Shown: positions 19,289 to 30,149 of the stretch, piece by piece
Numbering within the stretch: the stretch's first letter is position 1
How the letters are laid out: every line of letters begins with the position of its first letter
Assembly (NCBI RefSeq): GCF_001598795.1
Contig: NZ_BCZP01000006.1
Coordinates: 180,001 to 212,000, forward strand
Length of the DNA: 32,000 nt
Origin: Delftia acidovorans NBRC 14950
Lineage (GTDB): Bacteria > Pseudomonadota > Gammaproteobacteria > Burkholderiales > Burkholderiaceae_C
Direction: 5' to 3'
Made by a program: the position numbers and the translations under genes
The notes under the pieces: model-generated
Told to the model about the DNA's origin: nothing
Seen by the model: only the letters and a program-made list of their open reading frames with translations
Databases searched by the model: none

Positions 19289-20209
19289 ATGCTGCTGTCC
19301 CGCCGTTTCCTGCCCCCCATGTCCCTGCTGTGCGCCTTCGAGGCGGCGGCCCGGCACCAGAGCTTCACGGCAGCTGCGGCCGAGCTGCACCTGACGCAAA
19401 GCGCCGTCAGCCGCCAGATCCGCGCGCTGGAGGAGCGGCTGGAGGCGGAGCTCTTTGTGCGCGAGCGCCAGACCGTGCGCCTCAGTCCGGCCGGCCAGGC
19501 CTATGCCCAGGAGATACGCGGCGCGCTGATGCGCATCTCCACCGCCACGCTGGGCTTTCGGGCCAACCCGCGCGGCGGCAGCCTGAACCTGGCCATCCTG
19601 CCCACCTTCGGCACGCGCTGGCTGGCGCCGCGCCTGCCGCAGTTCTTCAGCGCCCACCCGGGCATCACCATCAACCTGACGACGCGGCTGTCCCAGTTCG
19701 ACTTCCAGCTCGAAGCCGTGGACGCCGCCATCCATTTCGGCCTGCCGCACTGGCCGGGCGCCGAGCTGGCCTTTCTGATGAGCGAGACCGTGGTGCCTGC
19801 CTGCAGCCCCGCCCTGCTGGCCCAGCATGGCTTTGCCCAGCCCCAGGACCTGCTGCAGGCGCCGCTGCTGCACCTGGCATCGCGCCCCGATGCCTGGCAG
19901 CGCTGGCTGTCCGTGCACCACGCGCCCATGGCCGAGGGCCAGGGCATGCTGTTCGACCAGTTCGCCACCGCCGCCCAGGCCGCCATCGCCGGCGTGGGCG
20001 TGGCCTTGCTGCCACGCTTTCTGATCGAGCGCGAACTCGCACAGGGCGATCTGGTGCGTGCCCTGCCCCATCTGCCCGAGATGGAAAGCGCCGAGCGCTA
20101 CTACCTGGCCTGGCCCACGAGCCGCGGCAACTACCCGCCGCTGCAAAGCCTGCGCGAGTGGCTGCAGCAGGCGGCCCAGGATTTCATGCGGGACGGCCCG
20201 CAGCCCTGA
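19289..20209 (+). CDS. LysR family transcriptional regulator (GcvA-like), 306 aa
   Basis: N-terminal HTH FEAAARHQSFTAAAAELHLTQSAVSRQIRALEERL plus a C-terminal substrate-binding domain. Confidence 0.9.
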   Translation: MLLSRRFLPPMSLLCAFEAAARHQSFTAAAAELHLTQSAVSRQIRALEERLEAELFVRERQTVRLSPAGQAYAQEIRGALMRISTATLGFRANPRGGSLNLAILPTFGTRWLAPRLPQFFSAHPGITINLTTRLSQFDFQLEAVDAAIHFGLPHWPGAELAFLMSETVVPACSPALLAQHGFAQPQDLLQAPLLHLASRPDAWQRWLSVHHAPMAEGQGMLFDQFATAAQAAIAGVGVALLPRFLIERELAQGDLVRALPHLPEMESAERYYLAWPTSRGNYPPLQSLREWLQQAAQDFMRDGPQP

Positions 20210-21146
20210 CGCCCGCAGCGCCTGCCACCAGCGCCTGCAGCGCGGCCACCGGCAACTGCCCGGCCAGGCCGATGGCCACGATGGCGGGCACCTGCTGCTG
20301 CGCGGGCGCGGGCGCTGATGCGGCACGCAGCCGGCCGCTGCGCCCGGCAAACTGAAGCTCGCTCCACTGGCCCACCCCGGTCTGCACCACGCCCTTGAGC
20401 CGCAGCACGCCAGCCGGCATGGCCTGCAGCCACGCCTGCAGGGCCGTCTCGCACAGCCCCCCGGGCGGCTGGCAGGACCAGGTCTCGAACTGCCGGCCAT
20501 GCATGGGGCGCGCAGTGCTGGCACCCCATGAGACCTCCCGCACGCCACGCAGCAGGGCTGCGCCGCTGAGCAGTTGCACGGGCACCCGGGCTTCGCGCAC
20601 ATCGCAGCGTTGCGCGGCTGGCGCGTGGCTGGCTATCCAGCCGTGCACGCGCTCCAGGGTCCGGGCATCGGCCAGATCGGTCTTGTTGACGATGACCAGG
20701 TCGGCCCGGGCCACCTGGCGCTGCAGCGTGTCGGCCAGCAGCGGGTCGGCCGCCTGCCCGGGCAGGGCAGCGGCATCGACGACCACGATGACGCCGTCCA
20801 GCGCCAGTGCGGGATCGGCCAGGCCCAGTTGGGCAATGCGCCAGGGGTCGGAGACGCCGCTGGCCTCGACCACCACGGCGTCGAAGCGATCGCGCTGCTG
20901 CAGCACGCCGATCAGGGCCATGGACAGGTCATCGCCGATCTGGCAGCACACGCAGCCATTGGTCAGCGCGATGGTGTCGCCGCTGTGGACCTTGATCAGG
21001 CCTGCATCGATGTTGAGCGCGCCAAAGTCATTGACCAGCACGGCCAGCCGCTGGCCATCCGCATGGCGCAGCCAGTGGTTGAGCAGCGTGGTCTTGCCGG
21101 CGCCCAGGAAGCCGCCGATGACCGTGAACGGCAACCGCTGCCCCAT
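20184..21146 (-). CDS. COG0523 / G3E-family GTPase (CobW/YjiA/ZigA-like putative metallochaperone), 320 aa
   Basis: Walker A GGFLGAGKTTLLN, metal motif GCVCCQ (CxCC), VVEASG, VNKTDL, and a CobW_C-like tail. The ATG at 21146 lies 1 nt after the amidohydrolase stop. Confidence 0.87.
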   Translation of the reverse strand: MGQRLPFTVIGGFLGAGKTTLLNHWLRHADGQRLAVLVNDFGALNIDAGLIKVHSGDTIALTNGCVCCQIGDDLSMALIGVLQQRDRFDAVVVEASGVSDPWRIAQLGLADPALALDGVIVVVDAAALPGQAADPLLADTLQRQVARADLVIVNKTDLADARTLERVHGWIASHAPAAQRCDVREARVPVQLLSGAALLRGVREVSWGASTARPMHGRQFETWSCQPPGGLCETALQAWLQAMPAGVLRLKGVVQTGVGQWSELQFAGRSGRLRAASAPAPAQQQVPAIVAIGLAGQLPVAALQALVAGAAGVRAAGRPA

Positions 21147-21147
21147 G

Positions 21148-22812
21148 TCATGCTGCCTTGAAGACGCGCCCCGACAGCACCGTGCCCCAGACCCTGAGGT
21201 CCTTGAGCACCATGGGGTCCAGGGACAGCGGATCGTCCTCCAGCACGCAGAAGTCGGCGCGCTTGCCGCATTCGATGCTGCCGATCTCGTGGTCCAGCTT
21301 CAGTGTCCAGGCCGCGCCCAGCGTGACCGCATGCAGGGCCTGGGCCACGGTCAGGCGCTCGGCCACGCCCAGCACGCGGCCCTTGGGCGTGATCCGGTGG
21401 ACCGCGCACCAGGCAGTGAACAGCGGCCCCAGCGGCGTGACGGGCGCATCCGAATGGATGGCCAGCGGCACGCCGGCGGCCAGCGCGCTGGCGCAGGCAT
21501 CGAGCCGCAGGGCACGGTCCGGCCCCATGGTCATCTCGTAGTGCTGGTCGCCCCAGTACCAGAGGTGGTTGGCGAACAGGTTGGCGCACAGGCCCAGCGC
21601 CGCCATGCGGCGAAACAGCGGCGCATCGATCATCTGGCCATGCTGCAGCGTGTGGCGGTGGTCGGGCCGGGGGGCGCGGGCCAGCACGCGGCCTATGGCG
21701 TCGATGGAGGCTTCGCTGGCCTCGTCGCCATTGGTGTGCGTATGAATGAGCAGGCCTGCGCGGTGGTAGGTCTCGAAATCGGCCTCGTACTGCGCGGGCG
21801 CGGTGACCCAGATGCCGTTGGGCGCGCCGTTGTAGTGACCGGGCCAGCGCAGGCGCGCCGAAAAGCCCTGGATGGAGCCGTCCAGCATCATCTTGACCAG
21901 GCCGTAGCGCAGCCGGTCGGTGTTGCGCGCCATGAGCGCGCGCACATGCCCGGCGCCGGCCTCGGCGCCATGCGTGCCGTGAAACGCCTGGAAGGCGGGC
22001 AGGATGCGGATGGGCACCTGGTCATCGGCCAGCGCGGCCTCCAGCACGCGGCAGTCCTGCTCACCCAGCCTGTTGACCAGGTCGGTGGCCGTGGTCACGC
22101 CCTGGCGGCAGGCCAGGCGCGCGAAGGAGCGCACGCCCGCCTCGGTCATGGGCGCCAGCAGGCCGGCGTTGCCGATCTTGCGCAGTACCAGGAACATGGC
22201 GGCCGGCTCCTGCAGCTCGCCCGTGGGCTCACCGGCCAGGGCGTGGCCGGGCGCAAAGCGCACCACGCCCTCGACCTCGTTGTCGCGCGTGATCTCGGCC
22301 AGGCGCAGCATGGCGCTGTTGACGTTCATCAAATGGCCGTTGGCGTGCGAGATCACGATGGGACGGCCTCCTGCGGCGCGGTCCAGGTGCTCCACCGTCA
22401 TGCGCTCGCCACCAAAGTAGATGGGATCGAACCCCCAGGCGATCAGCGGCTGGCCGGCCGGCAGGCCCTGCGCATCCATGCGCGCCGCCACCTCGGCCAG
22501 GCGGTCCACCACGGCATCCATGGAGCGCAGGCCGGGCCAGACCTTGCCATCGGGGTCGCGCCGGTCGAACCAGCCCGTGTATGTCCAATCCCACATGCTG
22601 CCTTCCTTGAGGTGGCAGTGGCCCTCCACCAGGCCGGGCAGCAGCACCTGGTCGGCAAAGCGCTCGTCGATGCGGCATTCGCCCCAGGCCGTGCAGCGCG
22701 CGAGATCCCCGACCGCGAGGATGCGCCCGTCGCGCACGGCCACGTGCGTGGCCTCGGGCTGCATGGGGTTCATGGTGATGATCTTGCGGGCGGCGTAGAC
22801 AGTGATGCTCAT
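21148..22812 (-). CDS. Metal-dependent amidohydrolase, YtcJ-like (Amidohydro_3 / COG1574), 554 aa
   Basis: N-terminus ITMNP...[13 protein letters not shown], HxH as LVEGHCH, later IHTHTNGD and [10 protein letters not shown] chose the ATG at 22812; the ORF extension to 23046 overlaps the ATPase gene and looks like non-coding translation. Confidence 0.85.
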   Translation of the reverse strand: MSITVYAARKIITMNPMQPEATHVAVRDGRILAVGDLARCTAWGECRIDERFADQVLLPGLVEGHCHLKEGSMWDWTYTGWFDRRDPDGKVWPGLRSMDAVVDRLAEVAARMDAQGLPAGQPLIAWGFDPIYFGGERMTVEHLDRAAGGRPIVISHANGHLMNVNSAMLRLAEITRDNEVEGVVRFAPGHALAGEPTGELQEPAAMFLVLRKIGNAGLLAPMTEAGVRSFARLACRQGVTTATDLVNRLGEQDCRVLEAALADDQVPIRILPAFQAFHGTHGAEAGAGHVRALMARNTDRLRYGLVKMMLDGSIQGFSARLRWPGHYNGAPNGIWVTAPAQYEADFETYHRAGLLIHTHTNGDEASEASIDAIGRVLARAPRPDHRHTLQHGQMIDAPLFRRMAALGLCANLFANHLWYWGDQHYEMTMGPDRALRLDACASALAAGVPLAIHSDAPVTPLGPLFTAWCAVHRITPKGRVLGVAERLTVAQALHAVTLGAAWTLKLDHEIGSIECGKRADFCVLEDDPLSLDPMVLKDLRVWGTVLSGRVFKAA

Positions 22813-22831
22813 GGTGGCGGGTGCTCCGGGT

Positions 22832-23850
22832 TCACAGGGCCAGCGGCGCGCGCGGCACGCCATCGATGTGGTCCACGCGGATGCAGCGCACCCAGTGGCC
22901 GGGGGCGGCTTCGCGCAGCGGTGGCGCCTCGGCCGAGCACGCAGGCACGGCCACGGGGCAGCGCCCGGCGAAGCGGCAGCCCGCAGGCGGGTCGATGGGA
23001 CTGGGCGGGTCGCCGGCCAGCCGAATGCGCCGCGCCGCCCGCTCACGCCCGCCGCGCACCGTGGGCACGGCCGACATCAGGGCCACGCTGTAGGGGTGCA
23101 GCGGCCGCGCGAAGAAGGCCTGGCGCGGTGCGCGCTCCACGATCTGGCCCAGGTACATGACGGCGATGTCGTCGCAGATGTGCTCGACCACGGCCATGTC
23201 GTGCGAGATGAACAGGTAGCTCAGGCCCAGCTCGCGCTGCAGTCGCGCCAGCAGGTTGAGGATCTGGGCGCGGATGGCGATGTCCAGCGCCGACACGGGT
23301 TCGTCGCAGACCACGAGTTCGGGCCGCGTGGCCAGGGCGCGCGCGATGTTGATGCGCTGGCGCTGGCCGCCCGAGAACTGGTGCGGAAATAGCTGGCGCT
23401 GCTCGGGCCGCAGGCCGACCTGGGTGAACAGCTCGGCCACGCGCGCCTCGCGCTCGGCCGGCGTGCCCACCTCCATCAGGTCCAGCGGAGCGCGCACCGC
23501 ATCGCCCGCGCGCTGGCGCGGATTCAGCGAGGAGAACGGGTCCTGGAACACGATCTGCATGCGCCGCCTCGCCTGGCGCAGGGCCTCGCCCGACAGGCCG
23601 CCCAGGTCGGTATCGCCCAGCTGCATGCGGCCTGCCGTCACGGGCGCCAGGCGCATCACGGCCAGCGCCGTGGTCGTCTTGCCCGAGCCCGACTCGCCCA
23701 CCACGGCCAGCGTGCTGCCGCGCCGCAGGCTGAAGGACACGCCGTCCACGGCCTTGACCACCTCGGGCCTGCCGAACAGGCCCTTGCCCGGGCGCGGAAA
23801 GTGGACCTGGAGATCGTCCACCTGCAAGAGGGTCTCGTCCATGCGTGCGT

Positions 23851-23854
<4 letters not shown>
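22832..23854 (-). CDS. ABC transporter ATP-binding protein, DppF/OppF-like, 340 aa
   Basis: Walker [10 protein letters not shown], signature FSGGQRQR, Walker [13 protein letters not shown], and a Cys-rich oligopeptide-type C-terminal domain ([15 protein letters not shown]). Confidence 0.92.
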
Positions 23855-24878
<1,024 letters not shown>

Positions 24879-24879
<1 letters not shown>

Positions 24880-25787
24880 CAGCGCTCCCTCAGCTTGGGG
24901 TTGAGTGCATCGTTGAGGCCGTCGCCGATCAGGCTGACGGCCAGCACGGTGACGAAGATGGCGGCACCGGGAAAGGCCACGGCCCACCAGCACGACAGCA
25001 GGTACTGGCGGGCCGACCCGATCATCAGGCCCCAGCTCATCTGATTGGGGTCCCCCAGGCCCAGGAAGGACAGGCCTGCCTCGAACAGGATGGCGGCGCC
25101 CACGGCCAGCGTGGCCGACACCACCAGCGGCGGCAGCGCATTGGGCAGGATCACCTTCCAGATGATGCGGCCGTGGCGCGCGCCGATGGCGCTCTCCGCG
25201 CGAACGAATTCAAGCTGGCGGATGCGCATGAACTCGGCCCGCGTCAACCGCGCCGTGGCCGGCCAGCTGACGCTGCCGATGGCCAGCGTGACCGTCACCA
25301 GCGAGGGCGAGAACAGCGTCACCACGACCATGGCGAACAGCAGTGCGGGCAGCACCTGGAAGAACTCGGTCACGCGCATCAGCAGGGCATCGACGCGGCC
25401 GCCGTAGTAGCCGGTCATCGCCCCCAGCGTCACGCCGATGCACACCGACAGCAAAGCCGCGAAGGCGCCCACCAGCAGCGTGGCGCGGCCGCCGTGGATG
25501 ATGCCCGTGAGCACGTCGCGCCCCAGCTGGTCGCTGCCCAGCCAGGCCTCCTCGCTGAACGGCGGGCTCAGCGGCATGGTGCGGATCTCGAAAGGGTCCG
25601 CAGGCCAGATCCAGGGGCCGGCGATGGCCACCAGCAGCACGATGAGCAGCATGGCCATACCGGCAATGGCCGAGGGGTTGCGCAGGAACATGCGCAGCGC
25701 TTCGCGCGCCGGGTGCTCGGCATGGGCTGCGGCCTGCGGCGCGGCGACGCTCGGCACGGACACGGAAGGTGGTGTGATGGCATTCAT
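24879..25787 (-). CDS. ABC transporter permease, DppC/OppC-like, 302 aa
   Basis: Six hydrophobic segments and the EAA-type loop ([28 protein letters not shown]). Confidence 0.92.
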
Positions 25788-25791
25788 GGTC

Positions 25792-26769
25792 TCAGGCCGC
25801 CTTGATGCGGGGATCGATCAGCCGGTAGCACAGGTCGGTGACGAGGTTCATCACGACCACGACGATGGAGGAGAACAGCAGCACGCCCAGGATGGTCGGG
25901 TAGTCGCGCCTCAGCACCGAGTCGAAGGCGAGCCGGCCCAGGCCCGGCCAGTTGAAGACCGTCTCGACGATGATGGCGCCAGCCATGACGTTGCCGAACT
26001 GCAGGCCCAGCATGGTCACCACGGGCAGCAGCGCGTTGCGCAGCGCATGGCGGTAGAGCACCACATGCTCGGCCAGGCCCTTGGCGCGCGCCGTGCGGAT
26101 GTAGTCGGCGCCCAGCACGTCCAGCATGGACGAGCGCGACAGCCGGCTGTACTGCGCCAGGTAGACCAGGGCCAGTGTCAGCGCAGGCAGCACCAGGTGC
26201 CGGGCCACGTCCAGCAGGTCGGCAAGGCCTGCGCCGCCTGCGGCATCGGCCGAGCGCATGCCCGACACCGGCAGCACGGGCCACCAGGAGGCAAAGGCCA
26301 GCACCAGCAGCATGCCGGTCCAGAACACGGGCGCCGCAAAGCCCACCAGGGACAGCACGGTGATGCACTGCGACAGCAGGCCGTTGGGCCGGCGCGAGGA
26401 CAGCACGCCCAGCAGCGTGCCCACCACGAAGGCCGTGAGCACGGCGGCCAGCACCAGCAGCAAGGTGGCGGGCACGCGCTCGGCAATCATCTGCGCCACC
26501 GGCAGGTTGAAGAAGTAGGAGTAGCCCAGATCACCACTGGCCACGCGCGCCAGGTAGATGCCCAGCTGCACGGGCAGCGGCCGGTCCAGCCCGTAGCGTG
26601 TGCGCAGCTCGGCCATGAGCTCGGGCTCCATGCCGCCGCTGGCGCCGGCAATGGTCTCCACGGGATCGCCGGGCGCCGCATGCACCAGCATGAAGTTCAG
26701 CACCACCACGGCCAGCACCAGCGCCAGGCCCTGCAGCAGCCGCTTGAGGAGTGTGCGAAGAAAAGCCAT
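25792..26769 (-). CDS. ABC transporter permease, DppB/OppB-like, 325 aa
   Basis: LNFMLVHAAPGDPVE N-terminal motif and DYIRTARAKGL EAA loop. The ATG at 26769 has GGGAGG 8 nt upstream; the GTG at 26778 is less likely. Confidence 0.9.
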   Translation of the reverse strand: MAFLRTLLKRLLQGLALVLAVVVLNFMLVHAAPGDPVETIAGASGGMEPELMAELRTRYGLDRPLPVQLGIYLARVASGDLGYSYFFNLPVAQMIAERVPATLLLVLAAVLTAFVVGTLLGVLSSRRPNGLLSQCITVLSLVGFAAPVFWTGMLLVLAFASWWPVLPVSGMRSADAAGGAGLADLLDVARHLVLPALTLALVYLAQYSRLSRSSMLDVLGADYIRTARAKGLAEHVVLYRHALRNALLPVVTMLGLQFGNVMAGAIIVETVFNWPGLGRLAFDSVLRRDYPTILGVLLFSSIVVVVMNLVTDLCYRLIDPRIKAA

Positions 26770-26785
26770 GGACTGCACCTCCCGA

Positions 26786-28381
26786 CTACTTCAGAAAGAT
26801 CTCGTCATAGGGCGAGGCCGGCCCCCAGACCGTGGTCGGCAGGTTGCCCACGTTCTTGCGCGCGGCAGTGTGGTAGGGCGAGTTGTTGATGAAGATCACC
26901 GGCAGCTCGTCGGTCACGGTCTTCTGGAAGGCCGCATAGAGCTTCTTGCGCTCGGCCGTGTCCAGCGTGCTGCTGGCCGTGTTCAGCAGCTCGTCCACCT
27001 TGGGATTGCGGTAGGACTGGGTGTTGGTCCAGACCACGGGCTTGATGTTGGTGGACAGGTAGCTGCGGTGCACGCCGATGACCGGGTCGCCCCAGTTGAA
27101 GACGATGTCCATGGACAGGTCGAAGTCATGCGTGGCCAGGCGCCGGGCCCAGGCCGGGAAGTCGGCCGAGGCCCGCACCTCGACCGCGATGCCCACCTTC
27201 TTGAGCTGGGCGCGCACGTACTCGGCCACGTTCTTTTGCTGCTCGTCCGAGCCGGGCAGGTAGTCGATGCTGATCTTGAAGCGCTCTCCGTTGGCCCCGG
27301 GCTTGAGGCCTGCCTCGTCCAGCAGGGCCGCCGACTTCTTGAGGTCCAGCGGATAGCGCACCAGGTCGGCCGAGGCAAAGGGGCTGGCCGCCACGATGGG
27401 GCCGTCGGCCACGGTGGCAAAGCCGCCCATCAGCGCCTTGGTGATGAAGTTCTTGTCGATGGCATGCGCAATGGCCTTGCGCACGCGCACATCGTCCAGC
27501 GGCTTTCTGCCGGTGTTGATGGCCAGCCAGTTGATCGAGCCTATGCCCTCGAAGCCCTTGCCGGTCAGCGTGATCTGGGGATTGGTGGACAGGCGCTTCA
27601 GGTCGATGGAGGCCTGCAGGTAGGGCACCATCTGCACGTCGCCGCGCTCCAGGCTCAGCAGCAGGCTGGAGGAGTCGGGCACGATGTTGAAGACCAGCTT
27701 GTCCAGATAGGGCCGGCCCGGCAGGAAGAACTTGTCGAAGCGCTCCATCACGATGCGCTGGCCCGCGCGGAACTCGGTCAGCTTGAACGGCCCCGAGCCC
27801 ACCACGTCGGCGCTGTTGCGCGCATGGGTCTTGAGGTCGGCACCATCGCCATAGATGTGCTTGGGCAGTATGGGCGCCAGCGCAGGGCTCATGGCCAGCA
27901 GGATGGCCGGATGCGGCGCGTTCATGCGGATGATGGCCGTGTAGGGGTCGGGCGTGTCCACCTTCTCCACGGGCCCCAGCATGGTCTGGAACGGATGGTT
28001 GGCCTTGATGGCCATGATGGAGAAGGCCACGTCGGCCGAGGTGATGGACTTGCCGTCGTGGAACACGGCATTCCTGCGCAGGTTCAGGGTCAGCGACTTG
28101 CCATCCTCGGCCAGCTTCCAGGATTCGGCCAGGTAGGGCTGGGGCTTCCACTGGTCATCGAAGCGCAGCGGGCTGGCGAACAGCTGGGTGGAAGGCATGG
28201 CCGTGGCAATGCCCGATTGCACGGCGCCGTTCAGGTGCCGTGGCACCTGGGTGCTGCCCACGATCAGGGTGCCGCCGCGCTGCGGCTCCTGGGCCTGCAG
28301 CGGCGTGGCCGCCAGGCCCGCCAGCGCGCCGGCCAGGGCCAGGGCCGCCAGGGCGCGGCGTCGGAAAGTGATGGTGTGCAT
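26786..28381 (-). CDS. ABC transporter periplasmic substrate-binding protein, family 5 (DppA/OppA/NikA-like), 531 aa
   Basis: Signal peptide with RRR (MHTITFRRRALAALALAG...AQ), then GGTLIVG and a typical family-5 layout. The ATG at 28381 is preceded by GGGAGA. Confidence 0.9.
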   Translation of the reverse strand: MHTITFRRRALAALALAGALAGLAATPLQAQEPQRGGTLIVGSTQVPRHLNGAVQSGIATAMPSTQLFASPLRFDDQWKPQPYLAESWKLAEDGKSLTLNLRRNAVFHDGKSITSADVAFSIMAIKANHPFQTMLGPVEKVDTPDPYTAIIRMNAPHPAILLAMSPALAPILPKHIYGDGADLKTHARNSADVVGSGPFKLTEFRAGQRIVMERFDKFFLPGRPYLDKLVFNIVPDSSSLLLSLERGDVQMVPYLQASIDLKRLSTNPQITLTGKGFEGIGSINWLAINTGRKPLDDVRVRKAIAHAIDKNFITKALMGGFATVADGPIVAASPFASADLVRYPLDLKKSAALLDEAGLKPGANGERFKISIDYLPGSDEQQKNVAEYVRAQLKKVGIAVEVRASADFPAWARRLATHDFDLSMDIVFNWGDPVIGVHRSYLSTNIKPVVWTNTQSYRNPKVDELLNTASSTLDTAERKKLYAAFQKTVTDELPVIFINNSPYHTAARKNVGNLPTTVWGPASPYDEIFLK

Positions 28382-28622
28382 GGACTGTCTCCCTCGTTGG
28401 ATCGCCAGGCCGCGCGGCTCGCTGCCTTCAATCCAGAATACGCAACAAGGGCGCGGGCCGCGGGGGCCACAGCCGTCCAAACGTAGGAGCCAGAGGCCCG
28501 GTGTTTACCCGCGTCGGCCGGCCCAAACCTTTACTTGCCCGCACCCGCACCGCAACATGGCGCCGACCGCGCGCCCTCTGCCCGGCCGCGCCAAGAACGC
28601 CCCCGATTGCCTCCGTTGCGCC

Positions 28623-30149
28623 ATGAGCACCCCTTCCGCCACAGACCCACGCCACCAGTGGGCCCGCCTGTTCGCGCTGCCCGAGCAGCCCGGCCTTCCC
28701 CTGAAGGACCGCCTGCGCCTGGCCCTGGTCCAGCCCATCCTCGAAGGCCGCCTGCCACCCGGCGCGGCCATGCCACCCTCGCGCGAGCTGTCGCGCCTGC
28801 TGGAGGTGTCGCGCAATACCGTGACAACGGTCTACGAGCAGCTCGTGGATGAAGGCTTTCTCGAGGCCCGCCCGCGCAGCGGCGTGTTCGTGGCCCGGGA
28901 TTCGCGCCTGGCTGGTGTGGACGGCGCCGTGGCCCTGCCTGCGACAAGTCCCGGGGAGCCCGCACCGGACTGGTCTGCACGCGTGCTGCGCTCGCTGACG
29001 GACAGGCACACGCTGTCCAAGCCGCAGCAGTGGCGCGAGTACCCTTACCCCTTCGTATACGGCATGCACGATCCCGCGCTGTTTCCCACCGAAGGCTTCC
29101 GGGAATGCTGCACGCGCAGCCTGGCGCGCGCCCAGCTGCCGCACTGGACGCCGGACTTCGAGACCGACGACGTTCCCGACCTGATCGAGCAGATCCGCCT
29201 GCGCCTGCTGCCCCGGCGCGGCGTGTTCGCGCTCAAGGAAGAGATCCTGGTCACCGTGGGCGCGCAGCAGGCCTTCTACCTGCTGGCCGACGCGCTATTG
29301 GACCCCTCGCAGCGGCTGGGCTTCGAGGAGCCCGGCCACCCGCATGCGCGCAACACCTTTTCGCTGCGCCGCCCCCACTGGGTGCCCGTGGCCGTGGACG
29401 AGGAAGGCGTGGTGGTCGATGGCCTGCCGCCGCTGGACTATCTGTTCGTCACGCCCTCGCACCAGAGTCCCACCACCGTGACGCTGAGCCTGCAGCGGCG
29501 CGAGCAACTGCTGCGCCGCGCCGAGCAGGGCGATTTCGTGATCATCGAGGACGACTACGAGGCCGAGAACCTCTACCAGGGCACGCCCATGCCCGCGCTC
29601 AAGAGCCTGGACAAGGGCGGGCGTGTGATCTATGTGGGTTCGCTGTCCAAGAGCCTGTCGCCCGCGCTGCGGCTGGGCTACATCGTCGCGCCGCGCGCGC
29701 TGATCGACGAGTTGCGCGTGCTGCGCCATGCCATGGTGCGCCACCCCAGCGCTTTCCTGCAGCATGCCTATGCGCTGTTCCTGTCGCTGGGCCACCATGA
29801 GGCCCATGCGCGCCGCGTGAACCAGGCCATGCTGGAACGCGTGGCGCAGGTGGACCGCTCGCTGCGCGCGCACCTGCCGGATTTCATCTTCCGCCAGCCC
29901 CAGGGCGGCGCATCGCTGTGGGTGCAGGCGCCGGCGTGGCTGGATGCCGATGCGCTGGCCGCCGTGGCGCGCCGCCACGGCGTGCTGATCGAGGCAGGCA
30001 GCGCGTTCTTTGCGACGCCGCGCCAGCCCTGCCCCTTTTTCAGGCTGCGCCTGTCCTCCATTGCCATCGATCAGATCGATGCCGGCATCCAGGCGCTGGC
30101 GCGGGCGGTGATGGAGCTGGACTCAGCCCGCAATCACTGCTGCGCGTAG
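28623..30149 (+). CDS. MocR/PdxR-subfamily GntR regulator (wHTH + aminotransferase-like PLP domain), 508 aa
   Basis: GntR HTH PPSRELSRLLEVSRNTVTTVYEQLVDEGFLEARPRSGVFV, followed by a fold-type-I domain with YVGSLSKSLSPALRLGY. An alternative ATG lies at 28567. Confidence 0.85.
   Translation: MSTPSATDPRHQWARLFALPEQPGLPLKDRLRLALVQPILEGRLPPGAAMPPSRELSRLLEVSRNTVTTVYEQLVDEGFLEARPRSGVFVARDSRLAGVDGAVALPATSPGEPAPDWSARVLRSLTDRHTLSKPQQWREYPYPFVYGMHDPALFPTEGFRECCTRSLARAQLPHWTPDFETDDVPDLIEQIRLRLLPRRGVFALKEEILVTVGAQQAFYLLADALLDPSQRLGFEEPGHPHARNTFSLRRPHWVPVAVDEEGVVVDGLPPLDYLFVTPSHQSPTTVTLSLQRREQLLRRAEQGDFVIIEDDYEAENLYQGTPMPALKSLDKGGRVIYVGSLSKSLSPALRLGYIVAPRALIDELRVLRHAMVRHPSAFLQHAYALFLSLGHHEAHARRVNQAMLERVAQVDRSLRAHLPDFIFRQPQGGASLWVQAPAWLDADALAAVARRHGVLIEAGSAFFATPRQPCPFFRLRLSSIAIDQIDAGIQALARAVMELDSARNHCCA

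Noticed and set aside
22813-23046. N-terminal extensions in the ORF track for the amidohydrolase. The same applies to 28382-28480 (binding protein), 28188-28622 (MocR), 3131-3214 (ALDH), 5787-5879 (peroxiredoxin), 2893-2967 (activator) and 31034-31105 (gltI-like).
   Set aside because: The extensions are Arg/Pro/Ala-rich, overlap neighbouring genes or intergenic DNA, and lack an RBS. Internal ATGs with good Shine-Dalgarno sequences give N-termini typical of each family.
28382-28622. Short repeated words in the binding-protein/MocR spacer: CCAAAC at 28477 and 28523, and TTTAC at 28504 and 28530. These could be MocR binding sites.
   Set aside because: Repeats of 5-6 nt are expected by chance in 241 bp, and no extended direct or inverted repeat supports them. 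They are noted only as places to start a footprint.
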